A DNA stretch of 64,000 bases from an uncultured Clostridiaceae bacterium (GTDB lineage: Bacteria > Bacillota > Clostridia > TANB77 > CAG-508): NCBI GenBank assembly GCA_947577025.1, contig CANPTO010000009.1:2424-66423 (forward strand), read 5' to 3'. Position 1 is the first letter of the stretch, and every line of letters begins with the position of its first letter. The notes under the pieces were generated by a model, which had not been told where the DNA came from, searched no databases, and saw only the letters and a list, made by a program, of their open reading frames with translations. This document shows positions 32,452 to 44,278 of the stretch, in pieces. The position numbers were made by a program, and so were the translations under genes.

Positions 32452-33030
32452 ATGAGATTATGGACAGTACAACCGTATGGTGTATTTCAGGAGATGCAAA
32501 AAAAAGGCGTTTACAGGTGTAATCATAAAAAAAGTGAGTTTATACAAGAATGGGATGGATTTGCAAGCGCATATGACTGGATTTCTAAGCAAATGAGGAA
32601 AAGAATCGGGAATCCACCAAAGGGAGTAGAATATCCAGTATGGGCATGGTATCTACATGAAGGGAAAAACAAACGTCCTGATATGCGGCGTTCTGATGTA
32701 AGAGTAAACGAAAAATCAGTTCTGTGGGAAGTTGAAATACCAGACAACGAAGTTTTACTTACAGATGAAGAATATTGGCATTGTGTACTTAATGACTACC
32801 TTTACCATAAAGCAAACAAAGAGAATATATCAATTGAACAGTGGGAAATAGAGGCTAATAAAGAGGACAAATATTATGATAGCTTATCACCGAAAGAAAA
32901 AACACAATACAAAGAAAAAAGCTGGGAGAATATAATTTGTTCACCAAACTGTAATAGTTCCTATGTTCAGGCTACCTTTTGGGAGTTAAAAGCAAGCCAA
33001 ATAAGAAAAGCATGGATATTAAAAAAATAA
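32452..33030 (+). CDS. DUF3841-like protein (in-frame CGG 32686 apparently Arg)
   Basis: MRLWTVQ, AYDWI..QM, YPVWAW, RPDMR, QATFWEL; own promoter and terminator; atypical codon use. Confidence 0.8.
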   Translation: MRLWTVQPYGVFQEMQKKGVYRCNHKKSEFIQEWDGFASAYDWISKQMRKRIGNPPKGVEYPVWAWYLHEGKNKRPDMRRSDVRVNEKSVLWEVEIPDNEVLLTDEEYWHCVLNDYLYHKANKENISIEQWEIEANKEDKYYDSLSPKEKTQYKEKSWENIICSPNCNSSYVQATFWELKASQIRKAWILKK

Positions 33031-33039
33031 TTTTTAATC

Positions 33040-33068
33040 ACTCTAGGAAATTTTCTAGAGTGTTTTTT
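33040..33068 (+). terminator. Intrinsic terminator
   Basis: CACTCTAG-GAAATTTT-CTAGAGTG followed by T run. Confidence 0.75.
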
Positions 33069-33237
33069 ATATTCTTAGGAAAGTACTTTATTTTAAGTTA
33101 GAATTGTACAGGCGAAACCTCTTTATTGTGAAAATTTTAAATAACACAATAAGTGGCAAACAAAAAAGTAAATAACTAAATAGTCAAATGTTTTAAAAAA
33201 TAAAAATTGGTTAAAATAATAGAAAAAATGAAAAGGA

Positions 33238-34498
33238 ATGATGATAATGAAAAAATATTTAAAAATTGCAATCATACTAATTATTTTAAGCATTTTTTAT
33301 TTATATATAGCTAATATAACCCTAATTCCAAAAAGTATAACACTTTTGCAAGGAGAAAAATTAGAGCTTGCAACTTTATGGGGAATAAACCTAAAGCAAA
33401 TATCAACTACAAATCCAAATATAGGTGAATGTAAAAATGGAAGTATAATAGAAGCATCTACAGGATTAGAAGAAACAAAGCTAACCGAAACACGGAAAAA
33501 TAGATATGGGAGTAAAACTATTTGACAGTTTGAATGTTTCGAATCTAACCATAAATGTAATACCAAAAACCACAGTTATACCACTAGGAAACACAATAGG
33601 ATTAAAATTATATACTGAAGGTGTATTAGTAGTAGGAATGTCTGAGATAGAAGGCGAAAAACCCTATGAAAATACAGGAATAAAAGAAGGTGATAGAATA
33701 GTAAAAATAGATAAAGAAAAAATTTCAAATACAGAAGATTTAGTGCAAACAGTAAATAGTTCGCAAGGAAAAGAAGTACAAATAACATATATAAAAGAAG
33801 ATACAAATGAAGAAAAAGTAACAAATATGTTACCAGCCAAAACAAAAGATAATGAATACAAATTAGGTTTATGGGTGCGTGATGCAGCGGCAGGAGTAGG
33901 AACACTAACATTTTATGAACCAGATAGCAAAACATTTGCAGCATTAGGCCATGGAATAACAGACATAGACACTGGAAGCTTAGTAACAATAGCAAATGGA
34001 GAACTAGTAAATTCAAAAATAGTATCAATAACAAAAGGAGAAAAAGGAGCTCCAGGGGAAATAAGAGGAAGCATAGAAGGAGAAGCAAAACTAGGGGACA
34101 TCTCAAAAAATACATCATTTGGAATATTTGGAAAAATAACAAATAAATCAAACCTAAGAATAAGCGAAAACGAAATGGAGGTACTTGCAAGAAACGAAAT
34201 AAAGCAAGGAAAAGCAGAAATAATATGTGAACTAGAAGAAGGAAAAAAGAAAAACTATGAAATACAAATACAAAAAATATACACCGCAAATAACACTAAC
34301 AATAAAAGTATGTTAATAAAAGTTACAGATAAAGAACTAATAGAAAAAACAGGAGGAATAGTACAAGGGATGAGTGGGTCTCCAATAATACAAAATGGAA
34401 AATTTGTAGGAGCAATAACCCACGTACTAGTAAACGACCCAACAACAGGCTACGCCGTATTTGCAGACATGATGTTAAAACAAATGAAGACATCATAA
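33238..34498 (+). CDS. spoIVB: SpoIVB peptidase, about 419 aa, +1 shift at CGG 33493
   Basis: Signal/TM in first ORF; PDZ, LWVRD.AAGVGTLT, ALGHGI, GIVQGMSGSP in second; joined at ACA-(C)GGA. Confidence 0.92.
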
Positions 34499-34550
34499 CC
34501 TATTATGTTATTTTATATCAAAACAAATACGATAAAACAGAAAAATAATA

Positions 34551-34579
34551 TTGACAAAGAAATAACATAAAAGTATAAT
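34551..34579 (+). promoter_or_regulatory. SigA-type promoter
   Basis: TTGACA-17nt-TATAAT. Confidence 0.8.
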
Positions 34580-34632
34580 TTAATCAAATAAAAAGTAATA
34601 ATAAATTTAATCTAAAAAAGGAGAAGAAACAA

Positions 34633-35337
34633 ATGAAAAATAGAGGAATAACACTAATATCACTAATAGTAACAATAATTTTATTGATAATATTAGCAGG
34701 AGTAGGAATAAGCCTAAGCTTAGGAGAAAATGGGTTATTTAATAAAGCAAAATATGCTAAAGAAAAATATATAAATGAGCAAGAAGAAGAACAAAAAAAG
34801 TTAAATGACCTATATAGTCAAATGCTAGTAGCAACAGGAGAAAATTCACAAATAACAATTTCTGTTAAAGAGTTAAAGGAATTAATAAATGAAGAAGTAA
34901 AAAACTCTATGAATGAACCAAAAGGAATACAAACTGATGCTTTTATAAAAAACGTTATTAGTAATAAATCTAATTATAATACAGTAACTAGCATGTCAAA
35001 TTCATTTACCAAGGTTACGGATGAAAATAATAAAATAGAAGAATATGTAACATATTCTAATGAATATGGGTATTCTGTATTGAAGAGTGGGTGGTATTTT
35101 GTTACTTTAAGTACTGATGTAGAGTCTTCTTCATCTACTAATGCAATAATAAATATGTATGTAAATAATAAGATAATAACACGAAGTTACTCTTGTAGTT
35201 CTAGTGGTATTGCGGATCACAATAACTCTTCTTTTCCAATATATTTAAATAAAGAGGACAAAATATATTTTGATTCAACAGGTGTAAACAATGCTACTAC
35301 GAGAAGGACATCTGCTGTAATATATCCAATGTTTTAA
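34633..35337 (+). CDS. Type IV prepilin-like protein
   Basis: Class III signal-like MKNRG|ITLISLIVTIILLIILAGV. Confidence 0.75.
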   Translation: MKNRGITLISLIVTIILLIILAGVGISLSLGENGLFNKAKYAKEKYINEQEEEQKKLNDLYSQMLVATGENSQITISVKELKELINEEVKNSMNEPKGIQTDAFIKNVISNKSNYNTVTSMSNSFTKVTDENNKIEEYVTYSNEYGYSVLKSGWYFVTLSTDVESSSSTNAIINMYVNNKIITRSYSCSSSGIADHNNSSFPIYLNKEDKIYFDSTGVNNATTRRTSAVIYPMF

Positions 35338-35517
35338 AATAATAAATAATTTATTAACATTATAAAAAAACAAACATATACTATAATAAACTAAAGGTTA
35401 GAAGTAAAGATAAAACTTCTAACCTTTAAAATATCATGCTATTTTTAAAAATGTATTGAAAAAAATGTATTTAGATTGTATAATAGCGAATAAGAACGTT
35501 TAAAGGAGAGAGAAAAC

Positions 35518-36900
35518 TTGGCAAACATAAGTGAATTAAAAAAATATAAACATATACATATGATAGGAATTGGCGGAGTTAGTATGAGCGGAATAGCTCA
35601 AATAATGAAACACTGGGGCTTTACAGTCACAGGTTCAGATTGGGCAGAATCAGAAGTTACAAGAAAATTAAATTTAGATGGAATACATGTAGTAATAGGT
35701 CATGACGTTAATATGGCAGCAAAAGCAGATGTAATAGTATATACAGCAGCAATAAAACAAGATGACCCAGAACTTGTAAAAGCAAGAGAGCTTGGAATAG
35801 AAACAATAGAAAGAGCAGACTTTTTAGGAAAAATAACCAAGGCATTTACAGATACAATTTGTATATCAGGCACACATGGAAAAACAACAACAACATCAAT
35901 GGTATCAATGTGTTTTATAGAAGGGCTAAAAGATCCATCAATACAAGTAGGAGCAACACTAAAAGCCATAGATGGAAATTATAGAATAGGAAACAGTGAA
36001 CACTTCATAATAGAAGCATGTGAATATGTAGAAAGCTTCCTAAAATTTTACCCTAAAGCAGAAATAATACTAAATATAGATAATGATCATCTAGACTATT
36101 TTAAAAATATAGAAAATATAAATAAAGCATTTATAAAATATGTAGGTTTATTACCAGAAGATGGATTATTAGTTGTAAATTTAGATAACAAATATTGTGC
36201 AGAGCTACATAAATATACTAATGCAAAAGTAGTAAGTTATGGTATAGAAAGTGAAAAAGCAAACTTTATAGCAAGAAATATAAAATTTGGCAAAAATGGT
36301 TTTCCATCTTTTGATGTATACTATAATAACGCATTTTACGCATCATTTGAACTATCAGTACCAGGAAAGCACAATGTACTTAATGCTTTAGCATGTATAG
36401 CATTATGTCATAACTATGGAATAGAAAAAGAGAATATGAAAACAGCGCTAAAAAAATATACAGGAGCACATAGAAGGTTTGAATATGTAGGTACATGTAA
36501 AGGAGCAACTGTATATGATGACTATGGACATCACCCAACAGAGATAACCGCAACAGCGCTAGGGCTAAAACAAAAAAAGTATAATAAATCATGGGTAGTG
36601 TTCCAACCACATACTTATAGTAGAACAAAAGAACACATAAATGAATTTGCTGAGAGCCTAACAAACTTCGACAATATAATAATAACAGATATATATGCAG
36701 CAAGAGAAACAAACACATATGGAGTAAACTCTGAAAATATAGTAGAAAAAATAGAAGAACTAGGAAGAGAAGCAGTATATATACCAAAATTTGAAGATAT
36801 AGTAAAATATTTAGAAGAAAAAGTACAAAAAGATGATATAATATTAACATTAGGAGCAGGAACTGTAACAAATATAGGACCAATGCTTGTAAGAAATTAG
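35518..36900 (+). CDS. murC: UDP-N-acetylmuramate--L-alanine ligase
   Basis: IGIGGVSMSG, GTHGKTTTT, EACEY, DDYGHHPTEI. Confidence 0.96.
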   Translation: MANISELKKYKHIHMIGIGGVSMSGIAQIMKHWGFTVTGSDWAESEVTRKLNLDGIHVVIGHDVNMAAKADVIVYTAAIKQDDPELVKARELGIETIERADFLGKITKAFTDTICISGTHGKTTTTSMVSMCFIEGLKDPSIQVGATLKAIDGNYRIGNSEHFIIEACEYVESFLKFYPKAEIILNIDNDHLDYFKNIENINKAFIKYVGLLPEDGLLVVNLDNKYCAELHKYTNAKVVSYGIESEKANFIARNIKFGKNGFPSFDVYYNNAFYASFELSVPGKHNVLNALACIALCHNYGIEKENMKTALKKYTGAHRRFEYVGTCKGATVYDDYGHHPTEITATALGLKQKKYNKSWVVFQPHTYSRTKEHINEFAESLTNFDNIIITDIYAARETNTYGVNSENIVEKIEELGREAVYIPKFEDIVKYLEEKVQKDDIILTLGAGTVTNIGPMLVRN

Positions 36901-37149
36901 TGAATAATGAATAGTGAATGGTGACTATCATAAATCTTACCTTAATTATTACAATAATGATACTTATACATAAAGGGTAAAAAAAATAGACCATCCTGCT
37001 ACGTCAACTGAATGGTTTATTTTTAAACTTTTCTGGCAACCACTTTGTGATTCTCATTTTCTAAATATATTATATACAAAAATACTATTTTTGTATATAA
37101 CACTTGAATAAAAACAAAAAGTATAGTAAAATAAAAAAGTAATACAAAA

Positions 37150-37410
37150 AAATCCAACAAAAAAGCAAAGTATGTAAATTAAAAAATGTATTAAAAGAGA
37201 GAAAGGTGACAAACGCTGAAAGCCTTTCATACATAAATTACAGAAATTTCACTTTTTTAGGACTATTTTTGAAAATAAAAGTAGGAAATAGCGTATACCA
37301 CTGCGTTAAAGGGAAAAATAAGGTTAATGAAAATGAACATTAATAAAATTAGGTGGTACCACGAAATACAAGCAATTCGTCCTATATAATAGGATAGAAT
37401 TGCTTTTTTG
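37150..37410 (+). ncRNA. T-box riboswitch (Phe specifier)
   Basis: AGAGA and GCTGA stem I motifs, TTC specifier at 37248-37250, T-box AGGTGGTACCACG at 37351, terminator ending in T run; upstream of pheS. Confidence 0.88.
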
Positions 37411-37418
37411 TTGCAAAA

Positions 37419-37450
37419 GGAAAGATTTGGGACGTGTCCAAAACTTTCCA
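37419..37450. repeat. Repeat family C copy
   Basis: GGAAAGATTTGGGACGTGTCCAAAACTTTCC; another at 47843-47869. Confidence 0.8.
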
Positions 37451-37745
37451 AGGTCGAAATCAACTTTAAAATGTAGGGGCGATTTTTTCTTAGTTCTGCG
37501 AGCAACAGCGAGTTAGAAATAAGTTATACTTTAGTATAATCACCTACAATCTACATAGACATACTAAAACTAAAAATATTTATATAAGAAATAAAGAGAT
37601 TATTCTTTAAGTTGAAACATTGTCCAAACCCTACAGCAATAAAAGAACCTCTTACAGATTGAAATAATCAACTGGTGGAGAAGCCACCTTTGTCTAAAGA
37701 GTTTAGAAAAAAATTAAAATATAAAAAGAAGGGAGAAAATAAAAA

Positions 37746-38781
<1,036 letters not shown>

Positions 38782-38785
38782 GTTC

Positions 38786-39074
38786 CCCTTCCCATTGGGG
38801 ACGTTTCCTAATGGGAAGTCTGTCACTTTTGGGAAGTTATAAAAATAATTGTAGGGATTCCATATATATGACAATACTATTAATCTATAAAGTTTAACTA
38901 TTATTCTAGTTAAGATTTTATAGTATTAAATTATTAAATATATGTGGAGCAAAAATAATGATACTAAGATTGATAGAAAATTTATATAGAAATATTTAAA
39001 AGTCATAGAAAATAAGAATTCAACTTCCCAAAAGTGACAGATTTCCCATTAGGAAACGTCCCCAATGGGAAGGG
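38786..39074. mobile_element. Non-autonomous REPIN/MITE-like element with 53-bp terminal inverted repeats (family B)
   Basis: 38786-38838 and 39022-39074 are near-perfect reverse complements around an AT-rich non-coding core. Confidence 0.75.
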
Positions 39075-39095
39075 AATGGAAAAGGAGAGAAAAAA

Positions 39096-41459
39096 ATGAA
39101 ATTAAGTACAAATTTTGTCAAAGACTATGTAGATATAGATGTAGATACAAAAATGTTAGCTGAAGATATGACTAAAGCAGGAAATGAATATGAAACAGCA
39201 GAAAGCTTCATAAATGCTACAAATTTAGTAGTAGGAGAAGTAATAGAATGCGAGATGCATCCAGACTCTGACCATTTACATGTATGCAAAGTAAATGTAG
39301 GAGAAGAAACTTTACAAATAGTATGTGGTGCGCCAAATGTTAGAAAAGGTTTAAAAGTTATAGTAGCTCTTCCAGGAGCAGTTTTACCAGGAGATTTCAA
39401 AATAAAACCAGGAAAAATTCGTGGAGTAGAATCAAATGGAATGCTTTGTGCAATAGCAGAGTTGGGCTTAGACAGTAAATTTTTGAAGCCAGAAGATAAA
39501 GAAGGAATACACGAATTACCACAAAATGCTGAGGTAGGGTTAGACCCTATAAAATTAATGCAAATGGATGATAGTGTAATTGATTTTGAACTAACAGCAA
39601 ACCGTGGAGATTTACTAAATATACTAGGCATGGCACACGAAATAGCAGCAATTTATGATAAACAAGTTAAACCAATAGATTTATCACATAATGAAACTAA
39701 TGAAGATATAAACGATAATTTTAAAGTACAAGTAAATACTAAAAACTGTAATATTTTCTTAGCAAAAAGAGTAGAAAATGTAGTAATAAAAGAAAGCCCA
39801 ACATTTATAAAAAATAGACTAATGGCATCAGGAATTAGACCAATTAACAATGTAGTAGATATAAGTAACTATGTAATGCTAGAAGTAGGTCAACCACTTC
39901 ATTACTATGATTCAGACACTTTAAATGGAATGCTAGAAGTAAGAATGGCACAAAATGGAGAAGAATTAACAACATTAGATGAAATAGAAAGAACACTATC
40001 AGCAGAAGATATAGTAATTTCAAATGGAGAAAAAGCCATTGGTTTAGCAGGAGTAATGGGTGGATTGGAAACTGAAATTACAGAAAATACAAAAAACATA
40101 ATTATAGAATCAGCAATATTTGACCCAGTAAAAGTAAGAAAAACTTCAAAAGAAATATTAAGAAGTGAAGCGAGTACAAGGTTTGAAAAAGGATTAGACC
40201 CAAATAGAACATATATGGCAATTGAAAGGTCATGTAATTTACTCGAGAAATATGCAAATGCAACCATAGTAGGTGGTTTAGTAAAATATGATATTTCAGA
40301 CTTATCAGATAAAAAAATAGATATAACATTTGAAAAGATAGATAAAGTATTAGGTTTAAAAGTGCCACAAGAAGCAGTATTAGATGTATTTAGAAGACTA
40401 GGATTTACATATGAAAAAGAAGGAGAGATAGTGCATGTATCAGTTCCAAAAAGAAGAATAGATATATCAATTGCAGAAGACTTAATAGAAGAAGTTGGAA
40501 GAATATATGGAGTAGATAATATAGAAGGAAGACTACCAAAACTACCATTAAAGCAAGGTTCATATAATAAAACATTAAGGCAAATAAGAAACAAAATGAT
40601 AGACTTAGGACTAAATGAAACACTATCATATATACTAGTAAATGATAAAGAAGCAGTTAGATATACGAAAGATAACTTTGAACCAATAAAACTACTAGAC
40701 CCAATGACAGAAGAAAGGAACACTTTAAGATACAGTATGATTCCATCACTAGTAAAAATATATGAATATAACAAAGCACGTAGCCAAAAAGATGTATCAA
40801 TATTCGAAATAGGAAAAGGCTTTTACAAAAAAGAGGAAAAATATGGAGAAGACTTAAAACTATGTGCATTAATAGCAGGGGAGCATACTTTAGGGCTAAA
40901 ACCAGAAAAATCAAGTTTTTATGATATAAAAGGTATAGCAGAAGAAATATTAGACTATTTAGGTTATAATGGAAGATACAGTTTTGTTATAAAAGATGAA
41001 CTACCACAAGAATTCCACCCATATCAAACAGCATTAATTTCAGTAAATAATGATATAGTAGGAATAGTAGGAAAACTACATCCAGAAATGCAAAAAGAAG
41101 ATGTATATGTACTAGAAATAAACTTAAGTAAGTTATTAGAAAAGAAAACAGGAAAAATGAAATACAAAGAAATATCAAAATTCCCAAGTATAAAAAAAGA
41201 CTTAGCAGTAATAGTACAAAAAGATATAACTTCAGAAGAAATAGCAAAACAAATAAAAAAATTAGCAGGAAGTATGTTAATACAAAGCAAAGTATTTGAT
41301 GTATACACAGGAACAGGAATTGAAGAAAACAAAAAAAGTATAGCATATTCACTAGAATTTGGAGCACAAGATAGAACATTAACAGATGAAGAAATAAACG
41401 CTATATTAGAAAAAATAATAGTAGGACTTGAAAAACAAGGTGCAGAAATACGAAAATAA
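39096..41459 (+). CDS. pheT: Phenylalanine--tRNA ligase beta subunit
   Basis: QIVCGAPN, RGVESNGM, NRGDLL, RFEKG, C-terminal anticodon-binding domain. Confidence 0.97.
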   Translation: MKLSTNFVKDYVDIDVDTKMLAEDMTKAGNEYETAESFINATNLVVGEVIECEMHPDSDHLHVCKVNVGEETLQIVCGAPNVRKGLKVIVALPGAVLPGDFKIKPGKIRGVESNGMLCAIAELGLDSKFLKPEDKEGIHELPQNAEVGLDPIKLMQMDDSVIDFELTANRGDLLNILGMAHEIAAIYDKQVKPIDLSHNETNEDINDNFKVQVNTKNCNIFLAKRVENVVIKESPTFIKNRLMASGIRPINNVVDISNYVMLEVGQPLHYYDSDTLNGMLEVRMAQNGEELTTLDEIERTLSAEDIVISNGEKAIGLAGVMGGLETEITENTKNIIIESAIFDPVKVRKTSKEILRSEASTRFEKGLDPNRTYMAIERSCNLLEKYANATIVGGLVKYDISDLSDKKIDITFEKIDKVLGLKVPQEAVLDVFRRLGFTYEKEGEIVHVSVPKRRIDISIAEDLIEEVGRIYGVDNIEGRLPKLPLKQGSYNKTLRQIRNKMIDLGLNETLSYILVNDKEAVRYTKDNFEPIKLLDPMTEERNTLRYSMIPSLVKIYEYNKARSQKDVSIFEIGKGFYKKEEKYGEDLKLCALIAGEHTLGLKPEKSSFYDIKGIAEEILDYLGYNGRYSFVIKDELPQEFHPYQTALISVNNDIVGIVGKLHPEMQKEDVYVLEINLSKLLEKKTGKMKYKEISKFPSIKKDLAVIVQKDITSEEIAKQIKKLAGSMLIQSKVFDVYTGTGIEENKKSIAYSLEFGAQDRTLTDEEINAILEKIIVGLEKQGAEIRK

Positions 41460-41482
41460 AATTGCTATTAAGATTAAACATA

Positions 41483-41809
41483 CTATATAACAAGAAATAT
41501 AATAAAAAATAATAACTTAGATATATTATCACGTTGAGAATAAAAATCTTTTTCAATTTGTGTAACTGCATACCGAGTCTGATTTTCCAAAGAATACGGA
41601 ATATGCATAGCAGATTGAGCTGCCAAAATATTAGGATAAAATATAGTACATGGATGAATAAAAGAAGAATATAGCGATGATACAACTGAAGAATAACCTA
41701 AACGGTTTTTATAAACTGATAAAATAGTTACATCTGAACTGTTTTTTAATTTAGCGACTAATCCATTTAAAATAGTCTTATCAAAATAATATTCCCACTT
41801 TAAATCCAT
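41483..41809 (-). CDS. Hypothetical protein (orphan; in-frame CGG at 41573-41575)
   Basis: AAGGAGGT RBS, TTGACA and TATAAT upstream; leader shared with the ORF starting at 19308. Confidence 0.5.
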   Translation of the reverse strand: MDLKWEYYFDKTILNGLVAKLKNSSDVTILSVYKNRLGYSSVVSSLYSSFIHPCTIFYPNILAAQSAMHIPYSLENQTRYAVTQIEKDFYSQRDNISKLLFFIIFLVI

Positions 41810-41910
41810 ATAAATACCTCCTTACAATTGCAATACGAGATTTTATTATCGGTTACAGAATGATTATAGCATGAATTGAAGCTTTGTCAAGGAAGTTTAC
41901 TAAAAAATTA

Positions 41911-41950
41911 ATAAGGATGTTTCTATTATTACATTTAGAAACATCCTTAT
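41911..41950. terminator. Hairpin terminator after coat genes
   Basis: ATAAGGATGTTTCTA...TAGAAACATCCTTAT. Confidence 0.7.
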
Positions 41951-41955
41951 TGATT

Positions 41956-42204
41956 TTATTGCATAGTACTAAACTTTTGCTTAGCACTATCAATTTTTGT
42001 TTGTTCAGCAGTATCTGTTTGATACCAGCCTTTTTCCTTCATTAAATTATAAATTTTATTTTGAATATCTAAGCTTTCATTTAAAGCTTCTTTAAAAGCT
42101 GTATGAACTTCAGCAGTAGAAGATTCTATAGTACCATGAAGGTATAAATCACATACGCCTTTAATAACTAATAATTCATTTTCCATTAAATCCTTATCTT
42201 CCAT
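41956..42204 (-). CDS. Spore coat protein, Coat F domain
   Basis: DKDLM..L...K..CDLY..GTIES.T..V...F...Q.KIY..M..KGWY. Confidence 0.8.
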   Translation of the reverse strand: MEDKDLMENELLVIKGVCDLYLHGTIESSTAEVHTAFKEALNESLDIQNKIYNLMKEKGWYQTDTAEQTKIDSAKQKFSTMQ

Positions 42205-42213
42205 ACTTACCTC

Positions 42214-42387
42214 CTATAATAAATTTAAGAATTTGTTTGCTAAATCAGTATGTTTTTGAGCTAGACTTCCTATATAACTAGAAAGAGTAGGGTCTGTTAG
42301 TTTACTTGCAGTTTTAGTACTACATGATTTCATAAAATTTTCATGCCCTAAGCTATCCTCAATATATAAAAGTTCTTTACTTGTCAT
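42214..42387 (-). CDS. Small spore coat-associated protein
   Basis: MTSKELLYIEDSLGHE pattern, paired with the Coat F gene. Confidence 0.7.
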   Translation of the reverse strand: MTSKELLYIEDSLGHENFMKSCSTKTASKLTDPTLSSYIGSLAQKHTDLANKFLNLL

Positions 42388-42583
42388 TATAATCACCACC
42401 TAAGAATATAATTAACAAAATTTATAAAAATATACAAAAATAGCAAGTTGTTTAGATAAAATATATCTAAACAACTTGTTCTTTTCGATTGTATAGAAAA
42501 AAATAATAGTTAACTCAAGGGGCTTATATCTAATAGGAATACATAAGAGAATTTATCGAATTACGCCCATATACAATTAAACA

Positions 42584-42757
42584 TTATTCATTCTCATATA
42601 ATTCTTCTACAAAAACATCTTTTTCAACTTGATCATCCATAAAACCAATTTTTGCAACATCATTATTTACTTCTTGAACCCAAACAGGTCTATTCTCATA
42701 ATAAATATCTCTAATTTCTTTGTTTTCCATAATTTCGTAAATTCTATTTCTATTCAT
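42584..42757 (-). CDS. sspH: H-type small acid-soluble spore protein
   Basis: R..EIM.....I.Y...PVWVQ.V....A; RBS GGAGG. Confidence 0.75.
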   Translation of the reverse strand: MNRNRIYEIMENKEIRDIYYENRPVWVQEVNNDVAKIGFMDDQVEKDVFVEELYENE

Positions 42758-42877
42758 TTGTAACCTCCTCAAAATATATTTATTAAAAGTATACACGAAG
42801 GTCTTTAAAAATATTCATAAAACATTTACAAATAAACCAAATTATAGTATTATAATAAACATGAAAGAAGGGATTAT

Positions 42878-43651
42878 ATGAAAATATTAGCAGTAGGAGA
42901 TTTAGTAGGAGAAAGTGGAGTAAAAAAACTAAAAGAGATTTTACCAAACTTTAGAAAAGAAAATAATATAGATTTTGTAATAGTAAATGCAGAAAATTCA
43001 GCAGGAGGAATGGGAATAACAACGAAAATATTCAATGATTTAAAAGCATTAAATGTAAATGCAATAACAATGGGAAACCATACATGGGGGAAAAAAGATA
43101 TATTCACATTTATAGATGATGAAAAACTTATAAGACCAGCTAATTATTCAAGAGGAGTAGTAGGAAAAGGCTATAATATATATGAATGTAAGAATAAAAA
43201 AATATGTGTAATAAACCTAATAGGAAGAACCGAAATGGGTGTGCAATCAGATAATCCATTTACAAAAGCAGATGATATTATAAAAGAAGTAAAAGAAAGG
43301 GTAGATTATATAATAGTAGACTTCCATGCAGAAGCATCAGCAGAAAAGATAGCAATGAAATATTACTTAGATGGAAGAATAACAGCACTATATGGAACAC
43401 ATACACATGTACAAACTGCAGATGAAGAAATAACAACAAAAGGAACAGCATTTATATCAGACATAGGAATGACAGGACCAATAAACTCAGTAATAGGAAT
43501 GGATGTAGAAGCATCAGTAAAAAGATTTGTAACATCACTTCCAGAAAGATATAAATTAGCAGAAGGAAACTGTATGTTTAATGGATGTATAATAGAAATA
43601 AATGACGAAACATGTAGAGCAATATCTATAAAAAGAATATATATTAAATAA
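42878..43651 (+). CDS. ymdB: YmdB-family metallophosphoesterase
   Basis: GDLVG, NAENSAGG.G, TMGNHTW, DFHAEA, GTHTHVQTAD. Confidence 0.93.
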   Translation: MKILAVGDLVGESGVKKLKEILPNFRKENNIDFVIVNAENSAGGMGITTKIFNDLKALNVNAITMGNHTWGKKDIFTFIDDEKLIRPANYSRGVVGKGYNIYECKNKKICVINLIGRTEMGVQSDNPFTKADDIIKEVKERVDYIIVDFHAEASAEKIAMKYYLDGRITALYGTHTHVQTADEEITTKGTAFISDIGMTGPINSVIGMDVEASVKRFVTSLPERYKLAEGNCMFNGCIIEINDETCRAISIKRIYIK

Positions 43652-43781
43652 ATGACGAAAAAAGAAGAAAAAAAACGAAAAGTTTTCCAATTTTTTCCAT
43701 AAAAGTACTAGACAATTTCCAAAAAATGTAATATAACTATACCTGTAATTCAAATAAAAATAAAATTATAGGAGGCAAAAG

Positions 43782-44045
43782 ATGGAAGTTTTAAAAATCT
43801 CATCAAAATCAAACCCAAATTCAATTGCAGGAGCAATAGCAGGGTTAGTAAAAGAGGAGAACAAAGCAGAAATGCAAGCAATCGGAGCAGGAGCTCTAAA
43901 TCAAGCAGTAAAGGCAGTAGCAATAGCAAGAGGATTCGTAGCACCAGCAGGAGTAGACCTAGTATGTATACCAGCATTCGCCGAAGTTGAAGTAGAAGGT
44001 GAAGACAGGACAGGTATTAGAATTATAGTAGAATCTAGAAAATAA
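43782..44045 (+). CDS. spoVS: Stage V sporulation protein S
   Basis: MEVLKISSKSNPNSIAGA, AIGAGALNQAVKA. Confidence 0.96.
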   Translation: MEVLKISSKSNPNSIAGAIAGLVKEENKAEMQAIGAGALNQAVKAVAIARGFVAPAGVDLVCIPAFAEVEVEGEDRTGIRIIVESRK

Positions 44046-44278
44046 TATTAAAAAGTCAAAGGTCAGATATCAAAAAACATAAAAAGCAGCATTACTTGCT
44101 GTAAGCCCTACAAAGCAATTTGTTTGAACAACTGATATCTGACAATTGGCTTACTGTATTAAAAAATTTCCAATCATTTAAAAATTAAAAATCTAAATAT
44201 TTCCAATAAAAACTTGAAAAAAACAAAAAAATCTTATATTATAAATAAAAAATTCTAAAAACAAAAAGAGGAGAAAAT

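Noticed and set aside
36990-37056. preQ1 or c-di-GMP riboswitch
   Set aside because: I could not match the consensus motifs on either strand.
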